DNA from: an uncultured Actinomycetota bacterium | GTDB lineage: Bacteria; Actinomycetota; Actinomycetes; JAHEKZ01 | DNA length: 64,000 nt | Direction: 5' to 3' | Assembly: GCA_963829525.1 (NCBI GenBank) | Contig: CAWHIJ010000003.1 | Location: forward strand, 1,376,001-1,440,000 | Part shown: positions 29,091 through 38,862 of the stretch, piece after piece | Position numbering within the stretch: the first letter of the stretch is position 1 | Layout: each line of letters starts with the position of its first letter | The notes under the pieces: generated by a model | What the model was told of the DNA's origin: nothing | The model's input: the letters and a program-made list of their open reading frames with translations, nothing else | The model's database searches: none | Position numbers and translations under genes: made by a program

Positions 29091-30271
29091 GCTGCTCCCT
29101 CGTGCGGGTGCAGCCGGACGATCGGCTGACCGGGCGCGATGGGATCGCCGTCCTCGACGAGCCACTCCACGATCGTGCCACCGTGAGGCGCCAGGACGAT
29201 CTGCTCATCGCGGTTGGTCTGCACATGCCCGACGGAGGTGCCCGGCTCGAGGCCGTCGCCGACGCTGGCGTCACTGCGATGGAAGATCCCCTTGGCCGGG
29301 GCGACGAGCATGCGCCACGAGGGTGAGGTGTCGAGGGGGCTCGGAGTGCCGTGCCGGTCGACCAGGTCGCGGGCTGCGTCGAGGTCGTCCGGGGTCTTGA
29401 GGGCGACCACCTCGACGCCTGGCATGGCGCGCTTGGCAAGCCCTGCCAGGGTTCCAGCGGGTGGAACCTCGATCATCGCCGTCACGCCGAGGTCGACCAT
29501 TGCCTGCATGCAGAGGTCCCAACGCACAGGATTGCTCAGCTGCATGACCAGCCTGGTCAGGTACTCGCGGCCGCTTTGGACGACCGCGCCGTCCGAGTTG
29601 GACAGGAGACGTGTACGCGCGTCGTGGGTGTAGATGGCGCGGGCAAACCCGCCCAAGGTGCTGACGGCTGACGCCATGTGCCTGGTGTGAAAGGCCCCGG
29701 CCACCGCGAGGGGGCGCAACCGGGCGCCTTCTGGCGGGTCCTCCTGGAAGGTGGCGAGCTGGTCCATCGTCCCAGCCGCCACGATCTGGCCGGCGCCGTT
29801 GATGTTGGCTGCGGTGAGGCCGTGCTTGTCGATAGCGGCCAGGACGGTATCGGTGTCGCCACCGAGAACAGCGGTCATCCCGGTCTCGGTAAGCGCAGCA
29901 GCTGCCGCCATGGCTTTGCCACGCTCGCGGACGAAGACCATGGCTTGCTCAGCTGACATGACGCCGGCTCCCGCCGCCGCAGTAATCTCGCCGACCGAGT
30001 GTCCCGCGCCGACGCCCACTTTGCCGAAAGCGTCGGCGGGGTGTGGGAAGAGGCTCAGCAGCGACACCAGGCCCGAAGCCACGATGAGGGGCTGAGCCAC
30101 AGCGGTGTCGCGGATGGTGTCAGCGTCGGCTTCGGTGCCGTAGTGCACGAGGTCGAGGTCGGAGACGGCCGAGAGCCATCGGAGCCGATCTTCGAAGCCG
30201 GGCAGTTCAAGCCAGGGAGAGAGAAAGCCGGGAGCCTGTGCGCCTTGTCCTGGCGCGACGATAACGAGCAC
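29087..30271 (-). CDS. fabD: Malonyl-CoA:ACP transacylase with C-terminal biotinyl/lipoyl-like domain
   Basis: APGQGAQ, GHSVGE, AGAFHT; about 75 extra C-terminal residues resembling BCCP. Confidence 0.92.
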   Translation of the reverse strand: MLVIVAPGQGAQAPGFLSPWLELPGFEDRLRWLSAVSDLDLVHYGTEADADTIRDTAVAQPLIVASGLVSLLSLFPHPADAFGKVGVGAGHSVGEITAAAGAGVMSAEQAMVFVRERGKAMAAAAALTETGMTAVLGGDTDTVLAAIDKHGLTAANINGAGQIVAAGTMDQLATFQEDPPEGARLRPLAVAGAFHTRHMASAVSTLGGFARAIYTHDARTRLLSNSDGAVVQSGREYLTRLVMQLSNPVRWDLCMQAMVDLGVTAMIEVPPAGTLAGLAKRAMPGVEVVALKTPDDLDAARDLVDRHGTPSPLDTSPSWRMLVAPAKGIFHRSDASVGDGLEPGTSVGHVQTNRDEQIVLAPHGGTIVEWLVEDGDPIAPGQPIVRLHPHEGAA

Positions 30272-30336
30272 GTGACCACCTTGGCGTACTGGACGACGTT
30301 TCCCGGTACCGGTGCCGACCAAGCGGACCCGGTGAG

Positions 30337-30355
30337 GTTGTAGGAACCCTACAAC
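30337..30355. promoter_or_regulatory. FasR/MabR-type operator overlapping the fasR stop codon, upstream of fabD
   Basis: GTTGT-AGGAACCCT-ACAAC, i.e. TTGT-N9-ACAA. Confidence 0.7.
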
Positions 30356-31533
30356 GAACGGTCGACCCGCTGGTCGAGTCGTCCCACCGTCAACGCCACC
30401 CGCAGCGTGAAGGCGTCGCGCGGCTCGGTCGGTACAAGACCGCTGACCTCGGCGATCCGCCGCAGGCGGTAGCGAACGGTGTTGGCGTGCACGAACAGAA
30501 CCCGGGATGCTGCCTCGAGCGAGGCCGACTGCTCGAGGACGGCAGCTGCGGTCTCGAGGAGTGCGCCACCGGCCTCGACGAGAGGTCGGTAGACCTGGTC
30601 GACAAGGGCTCTGCGGGCATAGACGTCGCCGTCGAGGGCGCGCTCCGGCAACAGGGCGTCGGCGGCAACGGGGCGCGGGGCGTCCGGCCAGCCCGGTGCG
30701 GCCCGCAGCCCGGCGCGGGCGGCCGCCACCGAGCGGGCAGCCGCAGTGAGGTCGTCGACGACTGGTCCGACGACGACGGGTCCGTCACCGAACTGCGCAA
30801 CAAGGGGGCCGGCGGCGCCCACTGGGTCGTCCGGGTTCGCAAGAGTGCCGCCGAGAATGCAGACGAGCTCGTGTCCGTGGACACCGGACACGACGTCGAG
30901 ACTGGAGTGTCGAGCAGCGCGGCGGAGGGCGTCGACGACCTTTGCTGCCGTCGCATCTGGTGGGATACCGGCCACCGCGAAGACGTGCGGGGAGCGAGAC
31001 CAGCCGAGGGCCGCAGCTCGGGAGAGATCGTCATCGCCGACGTCGCCCCGCATGAGGGCGTCGGCCAGCAAAGCTTCGAGCCGGGCGTCCCAGGCACCAC
31101 GAACCTCGGCAGCTTGCGCGTAGACCTCTGCTGCGGCGAACGCCACCTCGCGGGCGAAGACGAGGACCGCTTCGCGCAGCTGCGCTTCGTCACCTGGTTC
31201 AGCGAGCTCGGCGGAGTGCTCCTCGACGACCTCGATCGTGGTGCGGACGAGCTCGACGGTCTGCTGCAGGGTCACCACGCGCGCCAGCTCTTGTGGCGCG
31301 GATCCGAAGACCTCGGCGGTGATGGCCCGAGCGGCCTCCGGCCGTCGGCTCCAGGCGACGAAGGCGCCAATGCCGGCCTGGGCGACGAGGGTGATCCACG
31401 ATCGGTCGTCGGCTGACATCGTCCGGAACCACGGGAGGGTGGCCTCGACTCGGCTCATCGCCTCGCTGGCCAGGTCACCAGATGCTCGTTCGATCCTGGT
31501 GATCGTGGCGGCGCTGGCCCTCGCTGTTGGCAC
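30349..31533 (-). CDS. fasR: PucR-family fatty-acid synthesis regulator FasR/MabR
   Basis: RGAWDARLEAL, LLPERAL, LFVHANTVRYRL HTH; position upstream of fabD. Confidence 0.9.
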   Translation of the reverse strand: MPTARASAATITRIERASGDLASEAMSRVEATLPWFRTMSADDRSWITLVAQAGIGAFVAWSRRPEAARAITAEVFGSAPQELARVVTLQQTVELVRTTIEVVEEHSAELAEPGDEAQLREAVLVFAREVAFAAAEVYAQAAEVRGAWDARLEALLADALMRGDVGDDDLSRAAALGWSRSPHVFAVAGIPPDATAAKVVDALRRAARHSSLDVVSGVHGHELVCILGGTLANPDDPVGAAGPLVAQFGDGPVVVGPVVDDLTAAARSVAAARAGLRAAPGWPDAPRPVAADALLPERALDGDVYARRALVDQVYRPLVEAGGALLETAAAVLEQSASLEAASRVLFVHANTVRYRLRRIAEVSGLVPTEPRDAFTLRVALTVGRLDQRVDRSL

Positions 31534-31576
31534 GACGGCAGGGTAGGCGTCGGCCCGGGAGCGGAGGAGTCTGGGG

Positions 31577-31593
31577 TTGTTGCACCTCCACAA
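31577..31593. promoter_or_regulatory. Second TTGT-N9-ACAA site between fasR and the pirin gene
   Basis: TTGT-TGCACCTCC-ACAA. Confidence 0.5.
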
Positions 31594-31675
31594 TCGCGCC
31601 GCGGGCACTTCGGGTCGACCCGGGGGCCCACAGGATGCATTTCAGTGCCCCAGGCATGAGGATGGTGCGGTGACC

Positions 31676-32419
31676 ATGATCGATCTCAGGCCAGCCCGCG
31701 ACCGCTTCGCCACCGACTGGGGATGGCTCGACTCCAAGCACTCCTTCTCGTTCGGCCAGCACTACGACCCAGGCAACACCCACTTCGGGCTCTTGCTGGT
31801 GAGCAACGACGATGTGGTGGACGCCGGAACTGGTTTCGAGACCCACCCGCACCGCGACATGGAGATCGTCACATGGGTCCTCGAGGGGTCACTGGTCCAT
31901 CAGGACTCGACGGGGCACTCGGGCGTGATCTACCCGGGGCTGGCGCAGCGGATGAGCGCTGGCACCGGAATACTCCACTCTGAGAAGAATGATTCGTGGA
32001 CCCTGACGGGGGAGTCCGAGCACAATGCGCCGGTCCACTTCGTGCAGATGTGGGTGCTTCCGGATGAGCGCAATCTCGCGGCGGGTTACGAGCAGCTGGA
32101 TATCAATGAAGAGCTCGCCTCCGGTGGTCTGGTCACCGTCGCCTCCGGCATGCCCAAACATGACCTGGATCGGGCCATCCACATCAAGCAACGGGACGCG
32201 GCTCTACACGCAGCGCGTTTGGGTGCGGGACAACACGTGGAGCTGCCTGCAGCTCTCTTCATCCACCTCTTCGTCGCGCGGGGCCAGGTCGTCCTTGAAG
32301 GGGCCGGTCGGCTCGAGGAAGGTGACGCAGTCCGGATCAGCGCCAGTGAAGGGCAACGGGTCACTGCGTCTGGTGACGCCGAGCTATTGGTGTGGGAGAT
32401 GGACGCGGCTGCGATGTGA
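31676..32419 (+). CDS. Pirin family protein
   Basis: SKHSFSFG, GFETHPHRDMEI, MSAGTGILHSE, QMW. Confidence 0.93.
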   Translation: MIDLRPARDRFATDWGWLDSKHSFSFGQHYDPGNTHFGLLLVSNDDVVDAGTGFETHPHRDMEIVTWVLEGSLVHQDSTGHSGVIYPGLAQRMSAGTGILHSEKNDSWTLTGESEHNAPVHFVQMWVLPDERNLAAGYEQLDINEELASGGLVTVASGMPKHDLDRAIHIKQRDAALHAARLGAGQHVELPAALFIHLFVARGQVVLEGAGRLEEGDAVRISASEGQRVTASGDAELLVWEMDAAAM

Positions 32420-32449
32420 CCGGCATGCGGGCACTCGGCGGGCTCGTGG

Positions 32450-33325
32450 TCAGTCGTCGAGTGTCGCTGCGTGGTCGGGCACGTAAGTGAAGTGCTCCTT
32501 GCCCGGGCGCTGGTAGCCGGTGGACGGGGGCCTCTTGGGGAGTTTGACCGGTGCGGGCTTGACTTCACCATAGGGAAGCGTTGTCAGCAGGTGAGCAATC
32601 ATGTTGATTCGCGCGCGTCGTTTGTCGTCGGCCTCGACGACATACCAGGGTGCCTCGGGGATGTCGGTGTGTACGTACATCTCGTCCTTGGCACGTGAGT
32701 AGCTCTCCCACCGCTTGATCGACTCCACGTCCATCGGTGAGAGCTTCCACCGACGGAGCGGGTCGTGCAGTCGCGACCGAAACCTGCGCTCTTGCTCATC
32801 GAGACTGACGCTGAACCAGTACTTACTCAGCGCGATGCCCTCCTCCACGAGCATCCGCTCGAAGATCGGAGCCTGGTGTAGGAAGCGCCGGTACTCGTCA
32901 TCGGTGCAGAACTCCATGACGCGCTCGACGCCGGCGCGGTTGTACCAGCTGCGGTCGAAGAGGACGATCTCACCGGCCGCGGGCAGATGCTCGATGTAGC
33001 GCTGGAAGTACCACTGGCTGCGCTGGCGTTCCGTAGGTGAAGGTAGCGCGATGATCCGAGCAACGCGGGGGTTGAGGTACTGGGTGATGCGCTTGATCGT
33101 GCCACCTTTGCCCGCGGCGTCGCGGCCTTCGAACAAGATGACCACGCGCTGACCGGTGGATCGAACCCACTCCTGTAGCTGGCCGAGCTCGGTCTGGAGT
33201 CGGTAGATCTCGCGCTCGTAGACCTTCTTGTCGAGCTTCGAGGAGCGTTCTTCCGGATTTGACGGTCGACCGTTGGCGTCGTTGGCGTCGGTGTCGTCGG
33301 TGTCGCTGGTTTCGTGTTTGGTCAT
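32450..33325 (-). CDS. ppk2: Polyphosphate kinase 2
   Basis: FEGRDAAGKGG, FDRSWYNR, WKLSPMD. Confidence 0.95.
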   Translation of the reverse strand: MTKHETSDTDDTDANDANGRPSNPEERSSKLDKKVYEREIYRLQTELGQLQEWVRSTGQRVVILFEGRDAAGKGGTIKRITQYLNPRVARIIALPSPTERQRSQWYFQRYIEHLPAAGEIVLFDRSWYNRAGVERVMEFCTDDEYRRFLHQAPIFERMLVEEGIALSKYWFSVSLDEQERRFRSRLHDPLRRWKLSPMDVESIKRWESYSRAKDEMYVHTDIPEAPWYVVEADDKRRARINMIAHLLTTLPYGEVKPAPVKLPKRPPSTGYQRPGKEHFTYVPDHAATLDD

Positions 33326-33332
33326 GATCCCC

Positions 33333-36068
33333 TCAGGCGTCGCCCATACCTGCGCCCGGGTCGGCGGCTCGAGGGTCGTCGAGACGATACCGGTCGAAGG
33401 CTTCCTTGACAGTCTCTCGCTTGATCTCGCCTCGGCGGGCGAGTTCTTGCAGGGTTCGCACCGTAATGGCCTCGGCGTCAATGCGGAAGTGTCGCCGAAG
33501 TGCTCCGCGGGTGTCCGACAAACCGAAGCCGTCGGTACCGAGGGTGACGTAGTCGCCCGGGACCCATGGGCGAATCAGCTCTTGTACGGCTCGCTGGTAG
33601 TCCGAGACGGCAACGACGGGGCCCTGGACGTCACCAAGTCGTCTTGTCACGTAGGCGATCTGCGGCTCAGACGCAGGGGAGAGAAGATTGGAATCGTCGG
33701 CTCTCAGCCCGTCACGGTGCAGCTCAACCCACGACGTGACAGACCAGACATCGGCGGCGACACCCCAGTCATCAGCGAGCAGTTCTTGGGCGCGCAAGGC
33801 CGCTGGCATCGCGGACCCGCTGGCCAACAGGTGCGCCCGCGTCTCGGACTCGTTAACGGCTGGGCGGTACAAGTGAAGTCCGCGAAGCAGACCGTCGACG
33901 TCGAGATCATCTGGTTCTGCTGGCTGGTCAATCGGCTCGTTGTACATCGTCAGGTAGTAGAAAATGTTCTCTGAGTTCTCGCCGTACATGCGGCGAAGGC
34001 CGTCGCGGACGATGTGCCCGATCTCGAATGCAAATGCGGGGTCGTAGGAGAGCACCGCAGGGTTGGTGGCAGCGATCAGGTGCGAGTGGCCGTCCTCGTG
34101 CTGTAGGCCCTCGCCATTCAGCGTGGTGCGCCCTGCTGTAGCCCCGATGAGGAACCCCCGGGTCATCTGGTCGGCGGCAGCCCAGAGCGAGTCGGCTGTG
34201 CGCTGGAACCCGAACATCGAGTAGAAGATGTAGATCGGGATCATCGGTTCGTCATGTGTGGAGTAAGAGCTGCCGGCTGCGATGAAGGATGACACCGAAC
34301 CCGCTTCGTTGATGCCCTGGTGCAGCAGCTGACCGTCGGTGGCCTCCTTGTACGACAACATCAGCTCGCGGTCGACGGACACGTACGTCTGTCCGTTCGG
34401 GTTGTAGATCTTCTGCACAGGGAACATTGCATCCATACCGAAGGTTCGTGCCTCGTCCGGGATGATCGGCACGATTCGGTGACCGATTTCGGGGTCCTTG
34501 AGGAGGTCTTTCAGTAGCCGGACAAAGGCCATCGTGGTGGCCACCTGCTGCTTGCCCGAACCACGTTTGGCTGCGCTGTAGGCGGACTCGCCAGGTAGCA
34601 CGAGCGGTCGGCTGGCATTGCGCCGCTTGGGCAGATGACCGCCCAGTGCCTGTCGGCGTTCCTGCAGATAGCCGGTGACATCGCTGTCTTTGTCAGGCCG
34701 GTAGTAGGGCGGCAGCTTGGCGTCGATCTGGTCATCCTCGATCGGAATCTTCAACCGGTCTCGGAAGCCCTTGAGATCTTCGAGGGTGAGCTTCTTCATC
34801 TGGTGCGTCGAGTTACGTCCTTCGAAGTGCGACCCGAGGGTCCAACCCTTGATGGTCTTGGCCAGGACCACCGTGGGCTGACCCTTGTGCTCGATGGCGG
34901 ACTGGTAGGCGGCGTGCAGTTTGCGATGGTCGTGCCCACCACGCTGGAGCGCCCAGATCTCGTCGTCGGTCCACTCCTCGACCATCTTCCGGGTTCGTGG
35001 GTCGCGACCGAAGAAATGCTCCCGGACGAAGGCGCCGTTCTCGGACTTGTACGTCTGGAAGTCGCCATCGGGAGTCGCGTTCATGACGTTCACGAGAGCG
35101 CCGGCGGAGTCCTGGGCCAGCAGGGGATCCCAACTGCGGCCCCAGATGACCTTGATGACGTTCCACCCCGCACCGCGGAAGAATGCCTCGAGCTCTTGGA
35201 TGATCTTGCCGTTGCCGCGGACGGGACCGTCCAAGCGCTGCAGGTTGCAGTTGATGACGAAGGTCAGGTTGTCGAGCTCTTCGCGCGCGGCGAGCCCGAT
35301 CGACCCGAGTGACTCGACTTCGTCCATCTCGCCATCGCCGAGAAATGCCCACACGTGCTGGTCGGAGGTGTCTTTGATCCCACGGTTGTGGAGGTAACGG
35401 TTGAACTGGGCCTGGTAGATGGCGTTGATCGGCCCCAGCCCCATCGACACCGTCGGGAACTGCCAGAAGTCTGGCATCAGGCGGGGGTGCGGGTAAGAGG
35501 GTAGACCTCCGCCAGGGTGTGACAACTCTTGCCTGAAGCCGTCCATCCGGTCTTCGTCGAGGCGTCCCTCGAGGAAGGCCCGGGCGTAGATCCCAGGGGA
35601 GGCGTGGCCTTGGATGTAGATCTGGTCACCGCCCCCGGGGTGGTCGCCACCCCGGAAGAAGTGGTTGAAGCCGACCTCGTAGAGCGAGGCGCTTGAGGCG
35701 TATGTCGAAATGTGTCCGCCCACGCCAACCCCCGGGCGTTGGGCGCGGTGCACCATGATCGCGGCGTTCCAACGCATGTAGGCGCGAAGCCGCCGTTCGA
35801 CCCACTCGTCACCGGGGAACCACGGCTCCTGCTCGGGTGTGATCGTGTTGATGTAATCGGTGGTGGTCAGTGACGGGACGCCGACATTCCGCTGACGCGC
35901 CCGCTGCAACAGGCTGAGCATGAGGTACCTGGCGCGGTAAGCCCCCTGACCATCAATGACGTCATCGAGGGAGTCGCGCCACTCCTGGGTCTCCTCGGGG
36001 TCGACGTCGACGAGCTGGGTAGGTAGGCCGCCGCTGATCAGGGGTTCGCGCTCGCGTCCTGTGTTCAC
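33333..36068 (-). CDS. aceE: Pyruvate dehydrogenase E1, homodimeric type
   Basis: [46 protein letters not shown]. Confidence 0.97.
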   Translation of the reverse strand: MNTGREREPLISGGLPTQLVDVDPEETQEWRDSLDDVIDGQGAYRARYLMLSLLQRARQRNVGVPSLTTTDYINTITPEQEPWFPGDEWVERRLRAYMRWNAAIMVHRAQRPGVGVGGHISTYASSASLYEVGFNHFFRGGDHPGGGDQIYIQGHASPGIYARAFLEGRLDEDRMDGFRQELSHPGGGLPSYPHPRLMPDFWQFPTVSMGLGPINAIYQAQFNRYLHNRGIKDTSDQHVWAFLGDGEMDEVESLGSIGLAAREELDNLTFVINCNLQRLDGPVRGNGKIIQELEAFFRGAGWNVIKVIWGRSWDPLLAQDSAGALVNVMNATPDGDFQTYKSENGAFVREHFFGRDPRTRKMVEEWTDDEIWALQRGGHDHRKLHAAYQSAIEHKGQPTVVLAKTIKGWTLGSHFEGRNSTHQMKKLTLEDLKGFRDRLKIPIEDDQIDAKLPPYYRPDKDSDVTGYLQERRQALGGHLPKRRNASRPLVLPGESAYSAAKRGSGKQQVATTMAFVRLLKDLLKDPEIGHRIVPIIPDEARTFGMDAMFPVQKIYNPNGQTYVSVDRELMLSYKEATDGQLLHQGINEAGSVSSFIAAGSSYSTHDEPMIPIYIFYSMFGFQRTADSLWAAADQMTRGFLIGATAGRTTLNGEGLQHEDGHSHLIAATNPAVLSYDPAFAFEIGHIVRDGLRRMYGENSENIFYYLTMYNEPIDQPAEPDDLDVDGLLRGLHLYRPAVNESETRAHLLASGSAMPAALRAQELLADDWGVAADVWSVTSWVELHRDGLRADDSNLLSPASEPQIAYVTRRLGDVQGPVVAVSDYQRAVQELIRPWVPGDYVTLGTDGFGLSDTRGALRRHFRIDAEAITVRTLQELARRGEIKRETVKEAFDRYRLDDPRAADPGAGMGDA

Positions 36069-36126
36069 GCTCGTATCGCCTCACTTCGTGCGTGCTGTTC
36101 GCTTGGTTGCTCTTGTAGCCTACGCG

Positions 36127-36140
36127 TGACCGAAGGTCCC
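36127..36140. promoter_or_regulatory. DosR/DevR-like box between aceE and the DUF1918 gene
   Basis: Reverse strand reads GGGACCTTCGGTCA. Confidence 0.55.
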
Positions 36141-36223
36141 TTCCGCCGGCCTCTCACGTGGGGCACGCTGAGAGTTGTCCGGTTCGCCGGCGTCGTCGCT
36201 GGCGCCTCGTCAAGGAGGTCACC

Positions 36224-36421
36224 ATGCAGGCCAAGGTCGGAGAGACCCTGATCATGAAGTCGCACCATGTAGGAGAGCCGGACCGCACCGCTGAAATACT
36301 TGAGGTGCATGGCGAGGGCGGAACGCCGCCGTTCCTGGTGCGTTTCGACGATGGCCATGAGGGACTGGTCTTCCCGGGCGCGGACGCCGTCATCGGCCAC
36401 GCGGACGCTGCCGGCGCCTGA
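36224..36421 (+). CDS. DUF1918 domain protein (Rv0569-like)
   Basis: MQAKVG...EILEVHG..GTPPFLVRF.DGHEGLVFPG.DA; SD AAGGAGG. Confidence 0.9.
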   Translation: MQAKVGETLIMKSHHVGEPDRTAEILEVHGEGGTPPFLVRFDDGHEGLVFPGADAVIGHADAAGA

Positions 36422-36548
36422 TCCAGGACACCGGAGGCACGAATCCCCACCCGAAGATGGTCCAATGTGCTTGCGTGTCGGTCCTCGGCTGTAATGGACT
36501 ACTCAGGTGGGCCCTGCCAGGGGTCCCCGAAAATTGGGAGGGGCGTGC

Positions 36549-36977
36549 GTGAGCGGGAGCGACGGGCCGGAGGGCGCGCCGAACGGCCCGGCCGCGCGTA
36601 TGGGTTTTGCGACTGGTCAGGTTGTGCTTGAGATCGGTTTTGACGACGACGCCGACTCGGCATTGCGGGAGGCCATCGAGGCGGCCGTTGGCTCCGCGAT
36701 GGTCGGTGATGACTTCGACGACGTGGCTGACGTGGTCATCCTCTGGTGGCGTGAGGAGGACGGTGATCTTGCTGATGCCCTCGTAGACGGGCTGTCGGCG
36801 ATCACCTCCGGGGGAGTGGTGTGGCTCTTTACCCCGAAGGCGGGCCGCGATGGCCATGTCGAACCGAGCGAGATCGGTGAGGCCGCCCGTACCGCCGGGC
36901 TTTCGTCTACCAAGAGCATGAGCGCCGCCAGTGAGTGGGCCGGTACCCGACTCGTAGCCCCCAAGCTCGGGCGCTAA
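36549..36977 (+). CDS. DUF3052 family protein
   Basis: EIGFDDD, VVILWWREEDGDL, WLFTPKAGR; conserved aceE neighbour. Confidence 0.9.
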   Translation: MSGSDGPEGAPNGPAARMGFATGQVVLEIGFDDDADSALREAIEAAVGSAMVGDDFDDVADVVILWWREEDGDLADALVDGLSAITSGGVVWLFTPKAGRDGHVEPSEIGEAARTAGLSSTKSMSAASEWAGTRLVAPKLGR

Positions 36978-36990
36978 CTCGGTTCTCTAA

Positions 36991-37026
36991 CGCAGCCGCC
37001 CCGCTCAGATGAGCGAGGCGGCTGCG
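36991..37026. terminator. Bidirectional hairpin
   Basis: CGCAGCCGCCCCGCTC-AGAT-GAGCGAGGCGGCTGCG between convergent genes. Confidence 0.7.
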
Positions 37027-37048
37027 GTGTTGCTGTGGGGATCTGTGC

Positions 37049-37702
37049 TCAGGCGAGCCAGGGGAAGCGTTGCACGATGGAGGTGGACTCCCACCACTTG
37101 CCCAGACCCAGAGTGCGTTCTGCTGTGAAGAGCATCAGCATGATCATGACGACGCCGTAGATGATGTGGTCGTCCATCACCGGGTTGTTGGCAGTGTTCA
37201 GTCCGGTTTCCGGGTCGACCGCGTTCAGGGGCCACTCTGCCAGGTACATGAAGACCAGCAGGACCGCTCCGCCGATGGAGCCGATGCGGACGAAGACCCC
37301 GAGGATGAGTGCTACACCAATGCCAAGCAGTGACAGCATGAACATCCAGTTGACCCAAGATCCGGCGTACAGGACAGGTGGGCCGTCCGTGGCTGCGACT
37401 CCTGCGCTTTCGCCGAGCTTGTTGAAGAAGCTCGCGAAAGGACCGTCGGGGTTGGTGCCGAAGGTAAGGAAGCCGAAGGTCGGGCTACCGTCGCCGGTCG
37501 CAAAGTTCCAAGCGCCCTCGCTCGGAGTCGTGTACCCGAGCCCAAAGTTCTTGTCGAGGAACGCCCAGAGGAATACGAATCCGATGGAGATTCGAGCGAT
37601 GGCGGCCCAGTACTTGGTGGTGGCTGCCTGTGTAAAGCCGTGGTACCACGAGCCCTGACTGGCCTGGGTGACACTGAGGTCGCCCTTGGCTGTGGTGGTC
37701 AT
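37049..37702 (-). CDS. DoxX / DoxD-like membrane protein
   Basis: RISIGFVFLWAFLDK, SPT.GFL, WMFMLSLLGIGVAL, NP..DDHIIY. Confidence 0.85.
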   Translation of the reverse strand: MTTTAKGDLSVTQASQGSWYHGFTQAATTKYWAAIARISIGFVFLWAFLDKNFGLGYTTPSEGAWNFATGDGSPTFGFLTFGTNPDGPFASFFNKLGESAGVAATDGPPVLYAGSWVNWMFMLSLLGIGVALILGVFVRIGSIGGAVLLVFMYLAEWPLNAVDPETGLNTANNPVMDDHIIYGVVMIMLMLFTAERTLGLGKWWESTSIVQRFPWLA

Positions 37703-37772
37703 CTCCGCCTCCTTGGGTCTAAAGAGAATCACTTCTTGTCCCTGAGGGTCCTCGCGAGTGGTTGCCTGGGCA

Positions 37773-37808
37773 AGGACCTAGGTCCCGACGACGTGCGCCA
37801 TAGGTCCC
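37773..37808. promoter_or_regulatory. Tandem DosR/DevR-like boxes between doxX and ahpE
   Basis: AGGACCTAGGTCCC (37773-37786) and GCGCCATAGGTCCC (37795-37808), 22 bp apart. Confidence 0.65.
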
Positions 37809-37850
37809 GACCTGGTTTACTCGCCGGTAACTTCACGGAGAGGCGAAGGC

Positions 37851-38312
37851 ATGTCAGTCGAGGTTGGTCAGCAAGCACCAGACTTCACGCTCTCGAGTCA
37901 GCACGGTGAACCGATCAGTTTGTCGTCGTTCCGTGGCGAGAAGAACGTTGTGCTTGTCTTCTTCCCGTGGGCCTTCAGCGGCATCTGTACCGGCGAGCTC
38001 TGTGAGATCAGCGACCGCCTCGACTCGCTCGCCAACGACGACACCGTGACCCTCGCGGTGTCGTGCGACACGAAGTTCGCGCTCCGCATCTTCGCCGAGC
38101 GCGAGGCCTACACCTTCCCTCTGTTGAGCGACCACTGGCCGCACGGGGCCGTGACGCAGGCCTACGGTGTTTTCAACGATGAACTGGGCGTCGCGTACCG
38201 CGGTACCTTCGTCATCGACAAGGCAGGCATCGTTCAGTACACCATCGTGAACGGGATTGGCGACGCCCGTGACCCTGGCGAGTACGAGAAGGTCCTCGCG
38301 TCGATCGGTTGA
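37851..38312 (+). CDS. ahpE: Peroxiredoxin, AhpE type
   Basis: VFFPWAFSGICTGELC, LLSDHWPHG, RGTFVIDK. Confidence 0.9.
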   Translation: MSVEVGQQAPDFTLSSQHGEPISLSSFRGEKNVVLVFFPWAFSGICTGELCEISDRLDSLANDDTVTLAVSCDTKFALRIFAEREAYTFPLLSDHWPHGAVTQAYGVFNDELGVAYRGTFVIDKAGIVQYTIVNGIGDARDPGEYEKVLASIG

Positions 38313-38338
38313 GGCGACGGTAGGCTCTGCCGGCGTTC

Positions 38339-38411
38339 GGGCGTATAGCTCAGTTGGTAGAGCTCCGGTCTTACAAACCGGCGGTCGGGGGTTCAAGTCC
38401 CTCTGCGCCCA
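38339..38411 (+). tRNA. tRNA-Val(TAC)
   Basis: Acceptor GGGCGTA/TGCGCCC; D arm GCTCAGTTGGTAGAGC; anticodon arm CCGGT-CTTACAA-ACCGG; T loop TTCAAGT; CCA not fully encoded. Confidence 0.97.
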
Positions 38412-38862
38412 CCGAAAACCGCAGGTCACAGCCCCCGCGTCAGGCGTCGATCAGGATGGTGGTTGTGCTGTCGTCGTCGGTGTCGAGGATCAAGAACACG
38501 CGGCCTTCGAAGGTCTCAAACGACTGTGAGGCCGTTGATGCGATGTCGTCCATAAAGAGATCTCCCGTGCTCGGTGCGCTCCCTGGTGCAATCGGTGACC
38601 ACCACTTTGACTTGGCGTGGTGGCGTGGCGATGGCAACAAGGTGGATAGCGAATGAACAAAATGCCGTCTTTGTACCGACCGGTTCCCCGGGGGCGGGGC
38701 GTGCGAGGCTGGTCCTTAACTCTATGAAACGCTTGTACCGCGCGGTTTGCGTGTGATCATTGGGGGGTAGGCGTTCAGAAACACAGGGGACTCAAGACGA
38801 GTCTTCTTAGGCAGTGCCGGTGGCTTGGAGGACGCGGATCCTCCTCCCCCTGGCGCAAAGAT

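Noticed and set aside
38440-38640. Short minus-strand ORF inside the tRNA islet
   Set aside because: No SD and no recognisable motif; may be a decayed remnant but cannot be supported as a gene.
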